DNA from: Nitrospirota bacterium
Lineage (GTDB): Bacteria > Nitrospirota > UBA9217
Length of the DNA: 64,000 nt
Direction: 5' to 3'
NCBI GenBank assembly: GCA_963751455.1
Contig: CAVVUN010000015.1
Coordinates: 512,001-576,000 of the forward strand
The notes below the pieces were generated by a model. That model was not told the origin of the DNA. It saw nothing but the letters and a program-made list of their open reading frames with translations, and made no database searches. Numbering within the stretch: position 1 is the stretch's first letter; each line of letters opens with the position of its first letter. Shown one piece after another: positions 59,039 through 64,000 of the stretch. The translations under genes were made by a program, and so were the position numbers.

Positions 59039-59162
59039 TATCGTTTTTGCATTTTGACTATTGTTTCAGCAGTCCGGTAAAACAGTCCGGCAGAAGCTCG
59101 CTGACTTTCGCATGGCCAGTCAAAGCTCGTTGCCGCATCACATTTACACCAAGGATCAGCAC

Positions 59163-62100
59163 ATGCAGAACGACTTATACCTCGGCATCGATATCGGTTC
59201 GATCACGATAAAGACTGCGCTTATCGACTCAGCCGGAGCGGTGCTCATCGATACCTATACCCGGTTGAAAGGCGATCCGGCCACCGCTCTCATCAGCGAA
59301 CTTACCCTCCTCTTCGCGCAATTTCCCGAGTACCGCATTGACTGTGCCGGCATTACCGGCAGCGGCGGCAAGCAGGTTGCCGATATTATCGGCGCCCGCT
59401 TTGTAAATGAAATCCTTGCTCAGTCGCGCTTTGCGGGACAGTATTATCCCGCGACCAAAACAATCATCGAGATGGGAGGCGAGGACTCCAAACTGATAAC
59501 CTTGGAGCCCGACGCCGGCGGAGGCGTGAGCATCGAAGATTTCTCGATGAACAGCGCATGCGCGGCGGGAACCGGTTCTTTCCTGGATCAGCAGGCTTCC
59601 CGCCTCAACTTTACAATAGAGCAGTTCGGGTCAATTGCGCTTAAATCAAAAAGACCGCCGCATGTTGCAGGACGCTGCAGTGTGTTTGCAAAGAGCGACA
59701 TGATCCATTTGCAGCAGATAGCCACCCCCGATTACGACATTGTCGCCGGTCTTTGCTATGCAATGGCAAGGAACTTTAAAGCAACGGTCGGCAAGGGAAA
59801 AAGAATTTCGGCGCCTCTTCTCTTTCTGGGCGGCGTAGCCGCCAATCCCGGCATGCACCGGGCCTTCCTGGACGTTTTGAACCTTTCCGAACCGGATATG
59901 AAGGCGCCGGCGCATTTCAAAACATCAGGAGCGATAGGAGCCGCGCTGATTGCAATGGGCGAGCCGGAACTGGCTTCCGGATACCGTGGGGTGGCCGCCC
60001 TTTCACAGCACCTTGCCTCAGGAGCAAAAGGAAGGGCGAGCGGTATGGAACCGCTGGCACAACCGAAAGGTATTATGCCGAATCCTGATCAGGACAGAGT
60101 CCCGGGCACGGACGGTCTTATCGAGGCGTATCTCGGCGTGGACGTTGGATCCGTTTCCACGAACGTGGTTGTGATCGACAGCCGGATGCGGGTACTGTCC
60201 AAACGCTACCTTCCGACGGCCGGTCGGCCGATCGAAGCGGTCAAGCAGGGCCTGCGCGAGGTCGCAGAAGAGGTCGGCTCCCGGGTAAAGATCCTGGGTT
60301 CCGGTACTACCGGATCCGGCCGGTACCTGACCGGCGACATGATCGGAGCGGACATCATCAGGAATGAGATCACGGCCCAGGCAACGGCGGCAATCGCCAT
60401 TGATCCCCTTGTCGATACCATCTTCGAAATCGGGGGGCAGGACTCGAAATTTATCAGCGTGCAAAACGGTGCGGTGGTTGACTTCGAGATGAATAAGGCA
60501 TGCGCCGCGGGTACGGGCTCATTCCTGGAGGAGCAGGCAGAGCGACTCGGGATCAGCATCAAGCGCGAGTTCGAGAACAGGGCGTTTCGTGCAGAGTCGC
60601 CGTGCAGGTTCGGCGAGCGCTGCACCGTCTTTATGGAATCCGACCTTGTCCATTCCATGAATACCGGGTCTGATGTACCCGAGCTTACCGCGGGGCTCGC
60701 ATACTCGATCGCGTACAATTACCTGAACAAGGTGGTGGCCGGAAAGCACGTGGGTGACCGCATATTTTTTCAGGGCGGTGTGGCGAGCAACAGGGCGGTC
60801 GTTTCCGCGTTCGAAACCATTACCGGTAAAGTAATGACGGTACCACCGCACCATGAAGTGACCGGCGCAATCGGGGCAGCCATACTGGCCATGCGTGCGT
60901 GCGGCGGGACGAGCGGTTTCAAGGGATTCGATCTGAGCAAGCGCGCATACACGATTACAACCTTCGAGTGCGCGGAGTGCCCTAACCGGTGCGATATCCG
61001 CAAAGTCAATTTTGAAGGAGAGAAGCCGCTTTTTTACGGCAGCCGCTGCGAAAAATACGATGTAAAGAAAAAAGTGAACACGTGCGAAACGATCCCCGAT
61101 CTATTCGCAGAGCGTGAAAAACTGATGACACCGCCGCCGGGCAAGGCCTTGGCCGGCGAAGCTCCGACCATCGGCATTCCCCGTATGCTGTATCTCAATG
61201 ACTTTTTGCCGTTCTGGCAGACCTTTTTCACGGAGCTTGGATTCCGGGTGGTCCTGTCGGGACGAACGAACAGGACCCTTATCAATCGCTCTCTTGAAAC
61301 CGCCGCCGCGGAAAGCTGCTTTCCGGCAAAAGTCGCCATAGGCCATATCCAGGACCTGCTTGACAGGAAGGTAGACATCCTGTTCGTGCCCAGCTTTATC
61401 CGGTTCCCTGAATCGCATACAGTGGACGGAAACTCGCAGGCCTGCCCGTATGCCCAGGCGCTTCCGTATATCGCTCGCGCCTCACTTCGGTACACGCAGA
61501 CGCGAGTAATCGAGCCGGTGCTTCTCCTGCATGACGACAGGCACTTCCGGAAGAGCATTGGTCGGATCGGCACTATGCTCCGCAAAAGAAGGGCGGCCGT
61601 GCGCCGGGCATGGATGCTGGCACGCAAAACGCAGGACGAGTGTGTGCGCTCCGCCGAAGACCGTGGCCGCGCCCTCTTGGCCGGCATCAAGCCGGATGAA
61701 AAGGCACTCGTTTTGATCGGCCGTAATTACAATACGTGTGATCCGGGACTGAACTTGAACCTGTCCGCAAAGATACGCGATCTCGGAGTGCAGGCAATCC
61801 CCATGGATTATCTTTCACTGGGGGATGTGGATTTATCGGACATGGGCGGCACCTACTGGCGTTCGGGTCAAAAAATCATCGCAGCCGCCCGCATTATCCG
61901 GAAGCATCCGGCGCTTTTTCCCGTGTACATAACGAACTTCGGGTGCGGTCCTGATTCATTCATTACGCATTTTTTCAAACAGGAGATGGAAGGAAAACCG
62001 TATCTTCAGCTCGAGATCGACGAACACAGCGCCGATGCGGGCGCAATCACAAGAGTCGAGGCGTTTCTCGACAGCGTGAACGCGAGCGCCTCCCGCAAAT

Positions 62101-63335
62101 CGCAGTCCTTCCATATCAAGCCCCCGGCTTCCTTCAACGGATCGCTTCGTTCCAAGAAAATATATCTTCCTGCCATGACGGATCATGCGTTTGCTCTTGC
62201 CGCCGCGTTCAGGTCCTGCGGCGTGGATGCGGAAGTCCTGCCTGAATCCGACGACGAGACGCTTCGTATCGGCAGGGAGTTCAGCTCCGGCCGCGAATGT
62301 TATCCGTTGGCGCTCACTACCGGCGACATGATCAAGGCCGCGCGAAGGCCGGGGTTCGATGCCGATTCGAGCGCTTTTTTTATGCCGACGGGCAAGGGGC
62401 CGTGCCGCTTCGGGCAATACCACCGGTACCATCGTCAGGTGCTCGACCGGGTCGGTCTCGATCGCGTGGAAATTCTTTCTCCCATGCAGGATGAGTCGCT
62501 TCACCAGGACGTCCGGATGCTCGACAAGAATTTCTTCCTGATGAGCTGGCGGGGCGCTTTCGCGGTTGACATGCTTCAAAAAGCACTCTGGGAATGCCGG
62601 CCGCATGAAAAGCGGCCCGGCCAGACGGACAAGGTGTACGAGGCGGCATTGGAGAGGGTCACCGACGCTGTCGAACGGCGGGCCGACCTGCTCCCCGTGC
62701 TCCGAGACGCTTACGAAGAGTTCAGCGCCGTTGAGATAAGCGAGCGGACCAGGCCCGTTATCGGGGTCGTGGGCGAGATCTATATCCGCTCGAACCGGTT
62801 CAGCAACGAGGACGTTGTGCGGCAGATCGAAAAGCTCGGCGGTGAGGCCTGGGTCGCTCCGATATCCGAATGGCTTCTGTATCTGAATGTGACCGCAAAA
62901 GTTTCCGCAAAAATGAGCCGCTCCTGGAAGGCGCTCTTGAAAGCGTACCTTACTTCGCGGGTGCAGAGAAGGGACGAGCACAGATTCCTGAGCGGATTCA
63001 ACGGTAATCTCCGGAGCCTGCATGAACCCAGTATAGAAGATACTCTGTTCGCGGCCCTCCCGTATATCGATCCGTCGTTTGAGGGTGAAGCAGTGCTGTC
63101 CATAGGCAAGGCCATCGACTTCATTAATAAAGGCGTTTCTGGCATTGTTAATGTCATGCCGTTCACGTGCATGCCGGGAACGATTGCAACGGCCGTGTTA
63201 AAAAGGGTGCGTGAAGATTATGGAAATATCCCGGTTCTTACGATCGCGTATGAAGGACAGGGAGATTCTCAGACCCTTACGCGGCTTGAGGCTTTTATAC
63301 ACCAGGCAAGATCATATCACAGGAAAAAATGTTAA
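59163..63335 (+). CDS. Multidomain 2-hydroxyacyl-CoA dehydratase activase (two BadF/BcrA-type ATPase domains + DUF2229-like regions)
   Basis: LGIDIGS / LGVDVGSVST, GGEDSK / GGQDSK, CAAGTGSFL twice, C.VF, CFPAK, FGCGPD, PFTCMPG. Confidence 0.9.
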   Translation: MQNDLYLGIDIGSITIKTALIDSAGAVLIDTYTRLKGDPATALISELTLLFAQFPEYRIDCAGITGSGGKQVADIIGARFVNEILAQSRFAGQYYPATKTIIEMGGEDSKLITLEPDAGGGVSIEDFSMNSACAAGTGSFLDQQASRLNFTIEQFGSIALKSKRPPHVAGRCSVFAKSDMIHLQQIATPDYDIVAGLCYAMARNFKATVGKGKRISAPLLFLGGVAANPGMHRAFLDVLNLSEPDMKAPAHFKTSGAIGAALIAMGEPELASGYRGVAALSQHLASGAKGRASGMEPLAQPKGIMPNPDQDRVPGTDGLIEAYLGVDVGSVSTNVVVIDSRMRVLSKRYLPTAGRPIEAVKQGLREVAEEVGSRVKILGSGTTGSGRYLTGDMIGADIIRNEITAQATAAIAIDPLVDTIFEIGGQDSKFISVQNGAVVDFEMNKACAAGTGSFLEEQAERLGISIKREFENRAFRAESPCRFGERCTVFMESDLVHSMNTGSDVPELTAGLAYSIAYNYLNKVVAGKHVGDRIFFQGGVASNRAVVSAFETITGKVMTVPPHHEVTGAIGAAILAMRACGGTSGFKGFDLSKRAYTITTFECAECPNRCDIRKVNFEGEKPLFYGSRCEKYDVKKKVNTCETIPDLFAEREKLMTPPPGKALAGEAPTIGIPRMLYLNDFLPFWQTFFTELGFRVVLSGRTNRTLINRSLETAAAESCFPAKVAIGHIQDLLDRKVDILFVPSFIRFPESHTVDGNSQACPYAQALPYIARASLRYTQTRVIEPVLLLHDDRHFRKSIGRIGTMLRKRRAAVRRAWMLARKTQDECVRSAEDRGRALLAGIKPDEKALVLIGRNYNTCDPGLNLNLSAKIRDLGVQAIPMDYLSLGDVDLSDMGGTYWRSGQKIIAAARIIRKHPALFPVYITNFGCGPDSFITHFFKQEMEGKPYLQLEIDEHSADAGAITRVEAFLDSVNASASRKSQSFHIKPPASFNGSLRSKKIYLPAMTDHAFALAAAFRSCGVDAEVLPESDDETLRIGREFSSGRECYPLALTTGDMIKAARRPGFDADSSAFFMPTGKGPCRFGQYHRYHRQVLDRVGLDRVEILSPMQDESLHQDVRMLDKNFFLMSWRGAFAVDMLQKALWECRPHEKRPGQTDKVYEAALERVTDAVERRADLLPVLRDAYEEFSAVEISERTRPVIGVVGEIYIRSNRFSNEDVVRQIEKLGGEAWVAPISEWLLYLNVTAKVSAKMSRSWKALLKAYLTSRVQRRDEHRFLSGFNGNLRSLHEPSIEDTLFAALPYIDPSFEGEAVLSIGKAIDFINKGVSGIVNVMPFTCMPGTIATAVLKRVREDYGNIPVLTIAYEGQGDSQTLTRLEAFIHQARSYHRKKC

Positions 63336-63429
63336 TAATACTTTATTATTAACATTTTTTGCATATGTAGAGCGTATAAAAGCGGGTTGCAACGAAAAAT
63401 TGCGGACAATGAAAATGTTATTAATCAGC

Positions 63430-63458
63430 TTGACAAGGTATGGATAATGCGATATTCT
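63430..63458 (+). promoter_or_regulatory. Putative sigma70 promoter of the second csp gene
   Basis: TTGACA-17 bp-TATTCT. Confidence 0.6.
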
Positions 63459-63519
63459 CTTTCCATCCGCGGATAAATTTCCCGGAAAAATTCAAACAGA
63501 AGCATAGGAGAAAGCAAGC

Positions 63520-63723
63520 ATGGCTAACGGAGTAGTGAAGTGGTTCAACAACAGTAAGGGGTTTGGTTTTATCACGCAGGACAATGGCGAGGACGTATTT
63601 GTGCACTTTTCGGCCATATCGGGAGATGGATTCAAGTCTCTGAACGAAGGCGACAAAGTTACGTTCGAGGTTGTCAAGGGCCCGAAAGGTCTCCAGGCAG
63701 CCAATGTATCCAAAGTCCAGTAA
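63520..63723 (+). CDS. Cold-shock protein (CspA family)
   Basis: GVVKWFN..KGFGFI, DVFVHFS, GPKG.QA.NV. Confidence 0.95.
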   Translation: MANGVVKWFNNSKGFGFITQDNGEDVFVHFSAISGDGFKSLNEGDKVTFEVVKGPKGLQAANVSKVQ

Positions 63724-63758
63724 TCATTAAAAAATTTATTTCCTACTATTACCTACGT

Positions 63759-63787
63759 AAAGCCCCGAGACTATCGGGGCTTTTTTT
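63759..63787 (+). terminator. Intrinsic terminator after csp
   Basis: AAAGCCCCGA-GACTA-TCGGGGCTTT plus T-run. Confidence 0.75.
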
Positions 63788-63818
63788 CTTGCGCTTTGCG
63801 GTCGCGTTTCATAAATAA

Positions 63819-63865
63819 ATCTGTAAAAAAAGACGGGCTGCGATGCCCGTCTTTTTTTTACAGAT
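63819..63865. terminator. Bidirectional terminator hairpin
   Basis: ATCTGT-A run-GACGGGC-N6-GCCCGTC-T run-ACAGAT. Confidence 0.75.
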
Positions 63866-63889
63866 GATTCGCTGTATTTATATCGAAAT

Positions 63890-64000
63890 TTATGAAGCTG
63901 ATTCAGATGCTTTTTTCGCGCCAAGAGCGGATGGGGCCGATACGACATAACCAATAGCTGTACCCAGAAGCCCCCCGACGACGATGCTGACTGCAGCCGC
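63890..64000 (-). CDS. C-terminal end of a probable membrane protein entering from outside the window
   Basis: Open frame AAAVSIVVGGLLGTAIGYVVSAPSALGAKKASESAS* ending just before the terminator. Confidence 0.45.
   Translation of the reverse strand, partial: AAAVSIVVGGLLGTAIGYVVSAPSALGAKKASESAS

Noticed and set aside
59061-59162. Upstream TTG start of the activase ORF
   Set aside because: Homology-like sequence begins at MQNDLYLGID, which has an AAGGA RBS before ATG 59163.

Overview
This is a bacterial chromosomal window of moderately high GC. Gene content and style suggest Nitrospirota or a deltaproteobacterium-like anaerobe (inference). Most of it is housekeeping: sdhCAB-fumC, malic enzyme, gdh, pcnB, rsmE, rpiB-glyA-dCMP deaminase-nrdR-priA, EmrAB-TolC, mltA, PBP1A-ileS-lspA-lgt-rluD, rlmN, dtd, tRNA-Leu(CAG), bamD, a siroheme enzyme, a large acyl-CoA dehydratase activase and two cold-shock genes. 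An accessory block at about 31-41 kb holds remnants of a defence/toxin-antitoxin-like islet. It also holds a 1078-aa MalT-type STAND NTPase/TPR/SARP(BTAD) regulator, divergent from two paralogous repeat-built surface lipoproteins with no recognisable catalytic domain. The intergenic DNA carries an unusually dense set of small repeat families: tandem 7-10-mer inverted-repeat elements, C/G-run palindromes (one fused in frame into rsmE) and a REP-like doublet. It also carries a GCCCTGCA...TGCAGGC family, whose longest copy has two tandem hairpins with compensatory base changes and is nested inside another repeat. Several genes have single-base lesions (homopolymer frameshifts, an in-frame TGA in dtd), some of which may be assembly errors. 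No CRISPR array, integrase, transposase or reverse transcriptase was seen.
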